A stretch of DNA of 64,000 nucleotides from Candidatus Hydrogenedentota bacterium. GTDB lineage: Bacteria; Hydrogenedentota; Hydrogenedentia; Hydrogenedentales; SLHB01. Position 1 is the first letter of the stretch. The number at the start of each line of letters is the position of its first letter. Where the stretch lies: assembly GCA_963668025.2 (NCBI GenBank), contig CAXXTH010000018.1:448001-512000 (forward strand), given 5' to 3'. Below are positions 20,266 through 30,440 of this stretch, one piece after another. The notes beneath the pieces are model-generated. The model worked only from the letters and a program-made list of their open reading frames with translations. It was not told where the DNA came from and did not search any database. The position numbers and the translations under genes were made by a program.

Positions 20266-21405
20266 TTAATTCTGGCCTCCCGCCGTAGCGATGTACCACG
20301 AAAATCCGAAATCGCCCGAATTGTAGGCTTGGCTTCCAGTGAATCCGGCGCAGCACCAATTCAGTCCGCCAGGAGCATCGCCGGAGGCATCCACCGATTG
20401 ATACCGGATGAACTCCACATGGCCATCCATGGCGAGTACATTGGCGCCACCGGGAAGATGATTGAACACCACAACTCCGGTGCCTGCCGTAGTCTGTATG
20501 GTTTGGCCTAATTGGGTGCCCCAGCAATCCATCATGACGGGAAGCTGGCTTTGGCCAATGGCGCCAGCGGCGGGATTATTGATATCGGTGATGAAGAAAC
20601 GCTCGACGCCTTCACGCGTCTTGGGCAGCGAGGACGGCAATTTGCCGCCGCCCGTGTCATAAATGGATTGGCTGATGAAGCTGCTCATGGGAATGTCTTC
20701 ACTGCCACGATCTTCCACATAACCCAGGCGGACCCACTGCGTAGGCCATGTCGACAATGCAGTCACTTCTTCATCATAGTTGGCAGATTCTTGGAGCACT
20801 AAGGAATGGTATACCAATCCGCTCAAACAATATTGCATGAACAAGAACTGCGAGGGAGTTCGCACGGCATTGGGTATGTAGAGATAAGAAACAGGATGGC
20901 CCAGCAAGGCCTGCTGGCCGATTTTTCGCATGTCGGAATCCGTTGTTGAATCGCTGATATCTTTCAATTGCGCCGGGATGTCCTCTTCGATGCCCACATC
21001 TCCTACACAAGTCGTTAACGCGCTCCTCTGAGCGTAATCCACACTAGGCGAACGATTGTCTGATGGGCAGACCATGATGCTTGGATCATTCCAGTAATCA
21101 GGAAACAGCCCGCCTGCATCTACTCCCAAGGGACTAATGGTTGCGCGTTGAGTTCCTGTAAGATTGCCCTCAATGATCCACTGGTTGATATTAGGAAACA
21201 CGCCGTTGGATTCGTTGGCATACATCTTAAAAATGATGCCCCATTGCTTGAGGTTCGACTGGCAAGAAGCACGGCGTGCGGCTTCCCGTGCCCGCGCCAG
21301 CGCCGGAAGCAGAATGGCCGCCAGGATGGCAATAATAGCGATAACTACCAATAATTCGATTAGCGTAAATCCCACCTTCGTTCTGTTGTGATTACGATTC
21401 ATCAT
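20266..21405 (-). CDS. DUF1559 prepilin-type protein, paralog 3
   Basis: Same motifs and collinear with paralogs 1 and 2. Confidence 0.92.
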   Translation of the reverse strand: MMNRNHNRTKVGFTLIELLVVIAIIAILAAILLPALARAREAARRASCQSNLKQWGIIFKMYANESNGVFPNINQWIIEGNLTGTQRATISPLGVDAGGLFPDYWNDPSIMVCPSDNRSPSVDYAQRSALTTCVGDVGIEEDIPAQLKDISDSTTDSDMRKIGQQALLGHPVSYLYIPNAVRTPSQFLFMQYCLSGLVYHSLVLQESANYDEEVTALSTWPTQWVRLGYVEDRGSEDIPMSSFISQSIYDTGGGKLPSSLPKTREGVERFFITDINNPAAGAIGQSQLPVMMDCWGTQLGQTIQTTAGTGVVVFNHLPGGANVLAMDGHVEFIRYQSVDASGDAPGGLNWCCAGFTGSQAYNSGDFGFSWYIATAGGQN

Positions 21406-21599
21406 TCCTCTCCTTTTATCGTATTAATTTCACAATTCTCACTATATTGTTCTCGCATTCCTAAATGGTCATTCTCGACAAAGTAATGGTCATGAGTGTT
21501 CGCCCGAATGCGTGTGTCTTGAAACGATGCATTACGAATGCTTTGGCCTGCCGTGAATGAGTTCAACTGAGCATACTTTAATCGAGCGCCCCGCGATTA

Positions 21600-21638
21600 G
21601 AGTATACTCAGTATACATATAACGGGCCCGTAACGCCA
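21600..21638 (-). promoter_or_regulatory. Sigma70-type promoter (TGGCGT-17-TATACT) with operator at 21600-21618
   Basis: GAGTATACTCAGTATACAT, identical to copy 1. Confidence 0.72.
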
Positions 21639-21859
21639 GCATTTTTTATTCGCGGCATTTCATCCGGTTTCAGGGCCTAGCCCAAATGGCCCTTTCATCC
21701 GTATTCCCTTCTGTAGAATGGGTTTACGAAACTCCGTGTTTTTCATTTGGAACGATGATATGATAGGAGAAGACTGTTGGCAATGCCAATGGAAAAGAAT
21801 CCAAGACCACTGGCATTAGGTGCTATTTGTGGATATAGACTGTGAAAAATATTGCGAAC

Positions 21860-21898
21860 TTGCCATGACACTATACAAGATGTATACTAAATATGCAT
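21860..21898 (+). promoter_or_regulatory. Regulator promoter (TTGCCA-17-TATACT) with a fourth operator copy at 21880-21898
   Basis: ATGTATACTAAATATGCAT matches ATGTATACTnAGTATACAT with two mismatches, in the same register over the -10 box. Confidence 0.7.
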
Positions 21899-22084
21899 GG
21901 GGATGCATGCAGCCATAGAAAAAACAGATGCGCTGTGGTGGTGGCAAAGCAAGAACAAACACAAATTGCCGGTTAATTTGATTAGGCTTTCGCCTATAGA
22001 TGGCCTCTTGGCGGTTCCAAGGCTTGTAGATGGACAAAAAACGGAACCTCGATCATCGAATTTCGATGGAAGAATAGATGAAGC

Positions 22085-23215
22085 ATGAATATTGAAGTAG
22101 ATATCGAAGTCGATCGAAAATCGAATGAGCCCCTCTACAAACAGATCCGAAGAGGCATTATCGAGAGAATCAAGAATGGCAAGTGGTCCCCGCACGACCA
22201 ACTGCCCAATTACAAGAAATTGAGTGAAGATGTCGGCGTCAGCATGATAACGATAAAACAATCCGTAGGGGCGTTAGTAAACGAAGGGTTGCTATATCGA
22301 AAACGGGGAGTAGGCGTCTTTATCGCGTCACAAGAAGTGCTGCCGAAGACCGGCATCATCGGCCTGATGGTCCCGGATGTCCGGCATCCATTCTTTGCAA
22401 AACTGGCGCATGCCATTCAATATTATGCTGCGGGCCAGCAATACACTATGTTCATTGTTTCTTTATGTGGGATTTCCCAGGATGTAGCCCACACCGTAGA
22501 GCACCTGCCATATCATACGCTTGACGGAATCATCACGAGCCGCGAGATTGTCGAGAGATTCCCCGTATGGTTTGCCAATATCATATCTGAACGCAAGCCC
22601 CTGGTATTCGTCGACGGGAGTTCGCCAGATAATACCCACGACTATGTGGAAACAGACAACTACCGGGGTATCGAATTGGTGGTGGACCACCTATGCGAGT
22701 TAGGCCATAAACGCCTGGGATTCGCCCTCGGCCATGTCGCCGGGCATATTCTCACAAGTGGCGCCCAGGAACGTGTCGAACACTTCAAGAGCATTCTGCG
22801 CGGCCGGGGCCTGCCCTTTGAACCACCCCAAATCCAGATCAGCAGCAGCCAAAACAACGAGAGCGCGGGCGAAGAAGCCGGTTACATGTTTCTGTCGCTG
22901 CGCACTCCGCCAACGGCCATTTTATGCATGAACGATTATGTGGCGAAGGGCGTGATTACGGTGGCGCGGAAATTACACGTCCGGTGTCCTGAAAACCTTT
23001 CCGTAGTTGGATTCGATGACATCGACATCGCGGAGCATCTCAGTCCTTCTCTTACAACCATACGCCAGCCGGTGGCCGAGATCGCCAAAACCGTTGTAGA
23101 TATCATGCTGCAACGGATTGAAAATCCCGCTGAAAATGGCGAAAAACCGTCTGCTATTCGCATCCCCCCGCAACTGATCGTCCGGGCGTCAACGGCCCCG
23201 CCGCCAGCCGCATAA
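22085..23215 (+). CDS. GntR wHTH + LacI-type sugar-binding transcriptional regulator (AraR-like)
   Basis: PLYKQI..LP..L...GVS..TIKQ..LVNEGLLYRKRGVGVFI, then PTAILCMND and LSVVGFDDI..PSLTTIRQP. Confidence 0.93.
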   Translation: MNIEVDIEVDRKSNEPLYKQIRRGIIERIKNGKWSPHDQLPNYKKLSEDVGVSMITIKQSVGALVNEGLLYRKRGVGVFIASQEVLPKTGIIGLMVPDVRHPFFAKLAHAIQYYAAGQQYTMFIVSLCGISQDVAHTVEHLPYHTLDGIITSREIVERFPVWFANIISERKPLVFVDGSSPDNTHDYVETDNYRGIELVVDHLCELGHKRLGFALGHVAGHILTSGAQERVEHFKSILRGRGLPFEPPQIQISSSQNNESAGEEAGYMFLSLRTPPTAILCMNDYVAKGVITVARKLHVRCPENLSVVGFDDIDIAEHLSPSLTTIRQPVAEIAKTVVDIMLQRIENPAENGEKPSAIRIPPQLIVRASTAPPPAA

Positions 23216-23359
23216 AAAGCAGCATTTTACTACAAGCATGGTTTTACTTGCCTACATGCGCCGGTATCCAGAATAGCTATACGGCCATGTGGAAAAAGTC
23301 TCGACGCCCACGGCCAGTCCGTAACCGGTGAGGATTCCGTGCCAGAGGATTCCGTGCCC

Positions 23360-23465
23360 GTTTGTGCATGGCAACCGCCTATGCATCCATCGCGAACAAC
23401 AACGCACTATCGGCCTTCTGTAGGTGGGAAACCAAGTGCTTCGCGAGAAGCTTGGAGGGCCCCAT
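23360..23465 (+). pseudogene. Possible tiny remnant of a transposase N-terminus
   Basis: One frame reads IHREQQRTIGLL*VGNQVLREKLGG, resembling the recalled REQQ..IEYL..EN.VLREKLG start of integrase-core transposases. Confidence 0.3.
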
Positions 23466-23724
23466 TTTATCGAATGCTGGCCAGCGTCGACGGCTGCCTG
23501 GAACTCCTTGCGACTAGACAATTATCGAATCGAGCTTTCACTGTGCTTGGTGTTCACCCAGAAGAGATTTGCTCTGCATACCATCGCAGACGTATCAATA
23601 TATATAGGCTATACAACAATTGCTGCGGGTAAGGCTTTAGATGAAGACTTTATAAGCTGGCAAAAAGAGGATTCCCATAAGTAGGTAGAGTTCCTCGTCA
23701 TGCGGCCTATCGAATGACGAGTTG

Positions 23725-26700
23725 CTAGAAATCCCATACTTCCCAAAGCATGCCTCGTAAGAGGCATAACTTTTGGCCCTGTATGAATCCCCCTTGAAGT
23801 CCCTGTGAAGTAAGCGGCAGCACGCCGCATGTGGCCTGAAACTGCGGAACGCCGCCATGGGATAGGCAGACCACATCCGTCAGTTCTTGTGGACCCCACA
23901 CCGCATCGTTCGCATCCCACTGCATTACACAGAAGAGCGCGCGGCTTGTGGGAAAAAGATGGGGCCTAAGCACGTCATCCTCGCCCTGTGTATACTTCCC
24001 GGAGAGTTGGTTCCATTTCCAACGCCATTGCACTTCCCCGTTTGAGAGCTGAAGGCTCCAGACGGTGTCCCTCTTGGCGGCGTAGATTTGGGCGTCTGCG
24101 CCGTACTCATTCACAATGAACGACCAGGAATCGAGGTGAGCCTCGCCATCGTCCTGGAGATGCTGTTTCCATATGCTCGATCCATCGGCGCGTGAGACTG
24201 CTTCGATATCCCCTTTCCTGCCCACTGCGGCAACGATTTCCTTCCCAATGGCGATTTGTTCCACGCCAAATGCATACTGATGCGACCAAATAGTCTGGCC
24301 TGTGGTGGCGTCCACCCAATCGAAACGGGAGGCCGGACACTCTTCGCGGTCGGGGATAAGCAGTCCTCCGCCATACTGTTGTATCAATCCTCTCTTGCTT
24401 CGCAACCACCTGCTAGGCCAGGCTGTTCCCCGAACCGTTCGGGTCCACAGCGTATTCCCGGACGACGGCTCAATGCCGAATAGATTGCCTTGCTCATCGG
24501 CCGCTGTAATAGCCTGAGGAGAGGCGGATAAAAATGAGTTGAACCCGAGTGACAACGGGCGTTTCCATATGGGTTCCACTTTACCCTTTTCATAAAGGCA
24601 GGCCGTGCCGTCGGCCAAGGCAGCGAATACCCGGGATTCGTCCACAGGCATGAAATCGCGTACGTCAAAATGGAGGTTGGCCAATATATCATGGGCCTGC
24701 GTTACCGGATCGTAACAATGCAACTTCTTTTGGCTATCGATCCAAAAACACCGGCCCTCGCAAAACTCGATGTATCTGGCGGCATTACTTAGCTGCATGC
24801 CCGTAAAAATCAACTCCCGTATCCTGACGCCCGGCACGCGTGGCATACTGGCCACAATATCGAGCTGGGCCTTTATGGTCGATTCATCGACGCCATCATA
24901 TCCATACGCAGGAGGCAGTAGATCGCATGCCATCTTCAAATCCGCTACGCCGCCGTCCGGATCACCGTTCTTTGCCTTTGACTGGCCTCGGTAGTAGTAT
25001 GCCCGGCTTCGTTGCTGGCCCGGATCCTTAGCGACAAGACCGTCCTCGAATTCTTTTAACGTTCTGTCCGCCATTGCAATGCATTTTTCATATTCGCCCA
25101 TGTGATAGTACGCTTTAGCGAGGCCCAGTTGAACGAGAAGGTCGCTCTTGCCACGAAGGAATGTTTCGGCCTTTGCTACAATAATTTCCTGTTTGGGGTG
25201 TTCGGCATATTCAATACCACCGAGCAGGCTAAGGGCTTCCGCACTCGAACCAACGGCTTTTGTAGACTCTAGGAGGATATCGGAGGCATGAGTTTGGATA
25301 ATACGCAAGAGCCATTTTTCCGTAAATGGGTTTATTTGTGGCTCGTTCTGAAAGCGCCGCCACAGTTCTTCCACGATGGGCCTTGCTTCTTGGGGACGCA
25401 AACCTGACCATGTCAGACTTTGAAGCATCGACGAGCATAACGTGTCGTTGTCTTTGACAGCCCAAATGGCCTCGATGGCCTCGTTCGGATGTTTCGGCGC
25501 ACTCGCGACAACAGCAGCGCGTAGGGGCCCATTCACCGCGTGGCGCTCCGTAGAATTGGCATGCTCTCGCTCAATGGCTTCTTGGGTGAATTTCTTTATT
25601 AACTGAAGCCTCGCCTGATCCACGGCTTCCGGCCCGTTGGGCCCCAATAGCGTAAGGGCCGTTTCCAGGTTATGCGTTTCTCCTGGTGCGGTATGCTGTT
25701 TCCAGTTCAGGATTATTTCCTCGTAATAGGGGTAGGCCGCCTCGCCAAATTCGTGTAGCGCTCCTGATGTGGACCCCAGTAGATCATTATTCTGCAAGCT
25801 CGGGCGCTCCAGCAGGACTGGAACGGCCGACACATCTCCGATACGAGCTAAGGCATCCGCAAGCTCAAATCCCAAGGGGCCGTCTTCATTCCCTTTTTCG
25901 CGAAACAAAGCGATCAGCGTGGGCACGGCGGCTTGAACTCTCTGTTCGCTGAGCAGGCGGACGTTTTCGCCGGATGCCGCCAAATCCGCGAGAAGGCCCG
26001 GGAGTTGGGCTTCCATCGCCTCATTTCGGCGTATACGCACAAAAACAGGGTGCGACGCACCAAAGGCTCGAAGCAGATAGATGCCGGGGTCGGGCGGCTT
26101 ATTGCGCGTGATGGCCGTGAAATCCAGTGTTTTCATATCACCGACCGCAATCGTCGCGTCCAAGTCCTCCTCCGCTGCCTCGATATCACCCGGAAAGAAA
26201 AGCCGCTTTTCGTATATTTCATTTTTAGTTATTAGCGAAGGGCTGATCAGAATCCATTTCCCCATGCCTTCGAGGAAAGAACTCGCCTTCCGTTCTCCAT
26301 GGGACATCGGGAGAGACAACCCGGCGGGCTTTGTGAAGGTTTTGTTGTGAATCCGGGTCCTCACGTAAAGCGAATCGCCGGAATCCATCTCAGAATCCTT
26401 GATGCACATAACGACATGGGCGGTAGGAAATGCCGGCTCCTTAAAATCTATCTGCCATCCCGCTTGGTCAAATCCTTCCAGCCAAGCCTGGCGTCTCGAG
26501 AGAGGCATGCCCGGCAAATCATCGGGCAAGCCAACCCGGCTCCAGGAGGAACGAAAATCATATCCAACTACTTCCATTTTGAGTTCGTCCCAAGAGCCAA
26601 TCGCCTTGAGCAGAGGTTCTTTGATTTCGGGACTCTCCATTTGCAGCAAGGCCCAAAGTGCGCAACATCGAATCAGCGGTTTCTCCTCATCGAGCAAGGG

Positions 26701-26970
26701 AATGAGAAGGGGTACAAGCGAGGCGTCTTCGGTTCGCCCGATGCCTATCGCGGCAGCTGCCCTGACAATGGGGCTGGCATCACGAGAAAGATCCTTCCAA
26801 TCCGGCATTTGTTCGTCGAACAGCGGATAACGCTGTATCTGGTCGATTCGGGACCATTCCGCGAGGGCGCATCCAGCCGCATACGGGTCCGTTTGAGTAC
26901 ACGATGCGGCCGCACAGGCCACCACTACGGCCAATCCAATCTTGCCTGCGCCGTTCCACGTGAACTTCAT
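23725..26970 (-). CDS. Lipoprotein with HEAT repeats, TPR and a C-terminal PQQ-like beta-propeller
   Basis: Lipobox AAASC. HEAT repeats VRAAAAIGIG, IRCCALWAL, LADALARIGD. TPR motifs LAKAYYHMGEYEKC, AYYYRG. Propeller repeats SGNTLW, TGQTIW, DGSSIW, NGEVQW. Confidence 0.75.
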   Translation of the reverse strand: MKFTWNGAGKIGLAVVVACAAASCTQTDPYAAGCALAEWSRIDQIQRYPLFDEQMPDWKDLSRDASPIVRAAAAIGIGRTEDASLVPLLIPLLDEEKPLIRCCALWALLQMESPEIKEPLLKAIGSWDELKMEVVGYDFRSSWSRVGLPDDLPGMPLSRRQAWLEGFDQAGWQIDFKEPAFPTAHVVMCIKDSEMDSGDSLYVRTRIHNKTFTKPAGLSLPMSHGERKASSFLEGMGKWILISPSLITKNEIYEKRLFFPGDIEAAEEDLDATIAVGDMKTLDFTAITRNKPPDPGIYLLRAFGASHPVFVRIRRNEAMEAQLPGLLADLAASGENVRLLSEQRVQAAVPTLIALFREKGNEDGPLGFELADALARIGDVSAVPVLLERPSLQNNDLLGSTSGALHEFGEAAYPYYEEIILNWKQHTAPGETHNLETALTLLGPNGPEAVDQARLQLIKKFTQEAIEREHANSTERHAVNGPLRAAVVASAPKHPNEAIEAIWAVKDNDTLCSSMLQSLTWSGLRPQEARPIVEELWRRFQNEPQINPFTEKWLLRIIQTHASDILLESTKAVGSSAEALSLLGGIEYAEHPKQEIIVAKAETFLRGKSDLLVQLGLAKAYYHMGEYEKCIAMADRTLKEFEDGLVAKDPGQQRSRAYYYRGQSKAKNGDPDGGVADLKMACDLLPPAYGYDGVDESTIKAQLDIVASMPRVPGVRIRELIFTGMQLSNAARYIEFCEGRCFWIDSQKKLHCYDPVTQAHDILANLHFDVRDFMPVDESRVFAALADGTACLYEKGKVEPIWKRPLSLGFNSFLSASPQAITAADEQGNLFGIEPSSGNTLWTRTVRGTAWPSRWLRSKRGLIQQYGGGLLIPDREECPASRFDWVDATTGQTIWSHQYAFGVEQIAIGKEIVAAVGRKGDIEAVSRADGSSIWKQHLQDDGEAHLDSWSFIVNEYGADAQIYAAKRDTVWSLQLSNGEVQWRWKWNQLSGKYTQGEDDVLRPHLFPTSRALFCVMQWDANDAVWGPQELTDVVCLSHGGVPQFQATCGVLPLTSQGLQGGFIQGQKLCLLRGMLWEVWDF

Positions 26971-27113
26971 ATGAGTGTCTCCCCGCTCAATGAGCCCGCA
27001 GTCTTAATTAAATAGATTATACCATCATAGCCGTGAATGTGGGAATGCACTGGACAACACCCGGCGAGTTAATGCAAACTGCCTGGGTTCGACAAACCCG
27101 GAGGCACCGACCT

Positions 27114-28265
27114 ATGAATTCGCTTTTATCACTAGTGGTTATCCCCCTCGCCATCGCTAGTTCGAACACGGCAGGGAATCCCGATGCCGCCGCCCGCTGG
27201 CGCGTGTATGTCGGCACCTATGCACAGGGCGATGAAAAAGGCATCTACCTCCTGGAGTTTTATCCAGAATCCGGGCAACTGGCCCTGCAAGGGCGCGCCT
27301 GTGAGGCCGAGTCGCCGAGTTTCCTCGCGCTCCACCCGAGCCAGCCCGTCCTCTATGCCGTCGGCGAAATGGTGCAGCCCGAGGGCATCGTCGGGGCATA
27401 CCGCATTGATCCAAAGAGCGGCCTGCTCACCCTCATCAACCAGCAATCATCAAAAGGCACAACGCCGTGCCACCTGTCCGTCGCGCCCTCCGTAAAGCAT
27501 GTGGCGGCGGCCAACTATTCGAGCGGCGCTGTGGCGCTCTTCCCGATTCTGGCGGACGGCGGACTAGGCGAAGCCAGCGCCGTGGTCCGGCAGCAGGGCA
27601 AAGGCCCCAATGTGCAACGGCAAGAGGGCCCCCACGCCCATTCCGTAAATTTTGACGCGTCGGGCCGCTATCTCTACGCGGCGGACTTGGGCCTCGATAA
27701 GCTATTCATCTACCGATACGACCCCGATGCTGGAACGCTATCGCCCAGGGAACCGCCCTTCGTCTCGCTGCCGCCTGGTGCGGGCCCCCGCCATTTGGCC
27801 TTCCATCCGTCTGGGCGTTATGCCTATGTGGTCAACGAACTGGACAGCACGGTGGCCGCTTTTACCCGCGATTTGGACACCGGCGGCCTGCACCCAATCG
27901 GTTCCGCCAGCACGCTCCCCACGGGCTACGATGGCCACAGTACTACGGCTGAGATCCGCGTCCATCCGTCGGGCCGCTTCCTCTACGCTTCCAACCGGGG
28001 GCATGACAGCATCGCCGTGTTCTCCATCGACACCTCCAGCGGGAAACTGACGCCCCTGGGATGTACGCCCACCGGTGGGAAGACACCCCGCAATTTCAAC
28101 ATAGACCCCACGGGCCGCTACCTGCTGGCCGCCAACCAGGACTCGAACAATATCGTCGTGTTTCGGATCGATCCCGAGAAAGGCTTGCTGGAACCGACGG
28201 GGCAGAGCGTTTCGGCGCCTATGCCAGTGTGCCTTGTTTTCGCACCTGTGCCTCCCGAAAACTGA
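27114..28265 (+). CDS. pgl: 6-phosphogluconolactonase (lactonase 7-bladed propeller family)
   Basis: YVGTY, SPSFLALHP, ANYSSG, RQEGPHAH, GAGPRHLAFHP, YASNRGHDSI, TPRNFNIDP. Start after GGAGG. Confidence 0.9.
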   Translation: MNSLLSLVVIPLAIASSNTAGNPDAAARWRVYVGTYAQGDEKGIYLLEFYPESGQLALQGRACEAESPSFLALHPSQPVLYAVGEMVQPEGIVGAYRIDPKSGLLTLINQQSSKGTTPCHLSVAPSVKHVAAANYSSGAVALFPILADGGLGEASAVVRQQGKGPNVQRQEGPHAHSVNFDASGRYLYAADLGLDKLFIYRYDPDAGTLSPREPPFVSLPPGAGPRHLAFHPSGRYAYVVNELDSTVAAFTRDLDTGGLHPIGSASTLPTGYDGHSTTAEIRVHPSGRFLYASNRGHDSIAVFSIDTSSGKLTPLGCTPTGGKTPRNFNIDPTGRYLLAANQDSNNIVVFRIDPEKGLLEPTGQSVSAPMPVCLVFAPVPPEN

Positions 28266-28300
28266 TCCTAGAAGGGAGCGGACATGGATTCAAGAGCTAA

Positions 28301-29281
28301 GTGCAACGAGCAGTTGTTTGCGTTGTTTTTAGAGGAATCTTACGGAGATTGATGCATTCCGATCGAATGCGGCTTCACTTATCGCGCAAGGAGGATCTTG
28401 TCCGGGATGTCTTGCGCGCCCATCCGGTGGAGACGAGGCTGGTCTGCGCCCTTTCGTGCGTGGAGCCTTGCAAGACTTTCGATATGCGGCGCAACCGGGA
28501 AGAGAAGAAGCTCTAGATGGTCTACCAGCTCCGCAAATGCCTACACCTGTACCATTACTACAAGTACCCCTTGTTCGGCCTGATGCACACCCAGACTCAG
28601 ATCAGGTGGCCAGCCATTATGAAGAACGCCCGGAAAGATTACGCATCAAACACGCCGTCAACGCCAATTCCGTCAAGATGTACGACAAAGGAGGATGCAG
28701 GAGGATACATCCTGCGGGTGGAGACCACCATCAACGACCCCTTTGACCTCAAGGGCCTTCGCCCGAAGGAAGGGGGAGAACCCGGCGATATCGCGCTTCG
28801 CCCCCTGCTCAAAGGCGTGGCCGATTGGGAACGCCGCGCAAAGGTTTCCCAGCGCGCCAACGAACGCTACCTCGATGCATTGAGTCATTTGGACAGGGAG
28901 ATTTCTCTTGGACAACTGCTTTCGTCTGTCACCAAACGCATCAGGCGCGGCGGGAGGGCTTTCCGAGCGTTACGCCCCTGGGATGCCGTGGACTTGCCGC
29001 TGCTTCAAGCCATCAACCGTCCCGAGCATCTCCTAAGCGGTTTCCACAATGTGGATATCAGCGCCATCCTTTTTCCCCGCGACTTGGCCAATATACACAC
29101 GAAACGCGCCGCCACGGAAAGAACCAGTTATCGTCTGAGGCTGCTGCGCGCCCATGGACTCATCGCCAAAATACCCCGTAGCCAGCGCTATAGAACCACC
29201 AAAAAAGGCCGGCAACTCTGTGCGGCCATTCTTCTTGCTCAAACAGACACGGTAAAACAACTTAACGCAAAGGCGTCCTAG
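28301..29281 (+). pseudogene. Degenerate IS-like element protein (YDK/RVETT core plus C-terminal wHTH) with stop, frameshifts and probable internal deletion
   Basis: Fragments in three frames: LVCALSCVEPC..RKCLHLYHY..FGLMH; IKHAVNANSVKMYDK; ILRVETTINDP..ANERYLDAL..SYRLRLLRAHGLIAKIPRSQRYRTT. Confidence 0.7.
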
Positions 29282-29321
29282 AAAGTGCGAAACTTTATTA
29301 CACATATTGAGACTTAGGAAC

Positions 29322-30440
29322 CTATAGTGCCTCGCTCCAATATAGCGACTCTTGTTTCTTGATCTCTGATTCAATGTCATTCAGGAATCTTAATAGTTCC
29401 GAGAGGATTATGACATCCATGCGCTTCTCGCCGGTGTTGTCATCGTGAAACTCATGTGTGACACCGTGGAATTGACGAAGATGGAGGTTGTCTGGTAGGA
29501 GAAGTGAAACAGCCTGATATCGCTCCTTCCATCTTTCTCCCATTTCCCAGGCCACTGCTAAATTAATCGCCCTTTCATACTTCTCTTCATTTTCAAAGTC
29601 TGCTATAAGATTGTCCAGGTTGTGCTTGAACTCTATCACATATGGTTTGGAAAAAAACCTTCTGGATTCGGAGTATCCTGAATGCCGAGTGGATTATTCA
29701 ATGCGTCATAAATGTGATTCGCCAACGGTGCTCGCAAATGGTAACGGAATAGCCCGTCATACTGTTGATGGCTACTTGAAGCCATAACTCTAATTCCTCG
29801 AATTACACCTCCAGCAAGAAGCTGGTTAAAAAGAGCAATCACATCTTGCTCAGAGGATGGTGCAGCCGAAATCGAAATTTCATTTACAGGAACAAAGAAA
29901 TTAGGATTTTGCAGGGTAATGGGGTGGTTCGTTTCGTATGCCTTTTGCTCTTCAATCCATTGGTCCAACTTTAGTTCTTCTTGGTGAGCCCCCCTGGTCC
30001 TCTGTCCGTCAGCAATAGGTGACGCCATCGCTTCAGCCAACCAACCCTGCTGCAATTCGTTCGGCAAGATTTTGCAATTCCGGCTGGAATCCCTTTCTTC
30101 CTAGATCTGGCTCAGCCCCTCGAAAGTGGACTATAATATGGGATTGATTTTGGTACCCAATGTTAGACGTAAGGGGAATTATGCATAACTCCCCTTGCGG
30201 CATCGAGTTGGTTGCTAGCTGAAGTCCACCCTTGATGACCCTTAGTCCTCTTCTGAGCTTAGCAATATCGTCATTGTATTTGTCCAAGACTTTTGGCGCT
30301 GAGTAGCAAAAGAAGCCATAGGCTTCTACTCCATATTGATCTATTTGAGTCTTCTCCTCGTCAGTTAGCCGAAGTTCCTTAAGTGATTCTGAGTTCCATA
30401 TATCATATACGCCGTTCAGCCTCTTGAATTTGGGCGGCAA
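29322..30440 (-). pseudogene. C-terminal part of a probable GHKL/MORC-type ATPase fused to a PD-(D/E)xK nuclease; 5' truncated and frameshifted
   Basis: Three consecutive ORFs. PDLGRKGF, PSSEQDVIALF, YDGLF, VIEFK. Visibly more AT-rich than the flanks. Confidence 0.55.

Noticed and set aside
17292-21405. Diversity-generating retroelement or shufflon acting on the DUF1559 triplet
   Set aside because: No reverse transcriptase or recombinase, no adenine-specific variation pattern evident, and all three copies are full genes with their own promoters.
23252-23920. Several short ORFs after the regulator
   Set aside because: No RBS or coherent protein features, apart from a possible tiny transposase remnant.
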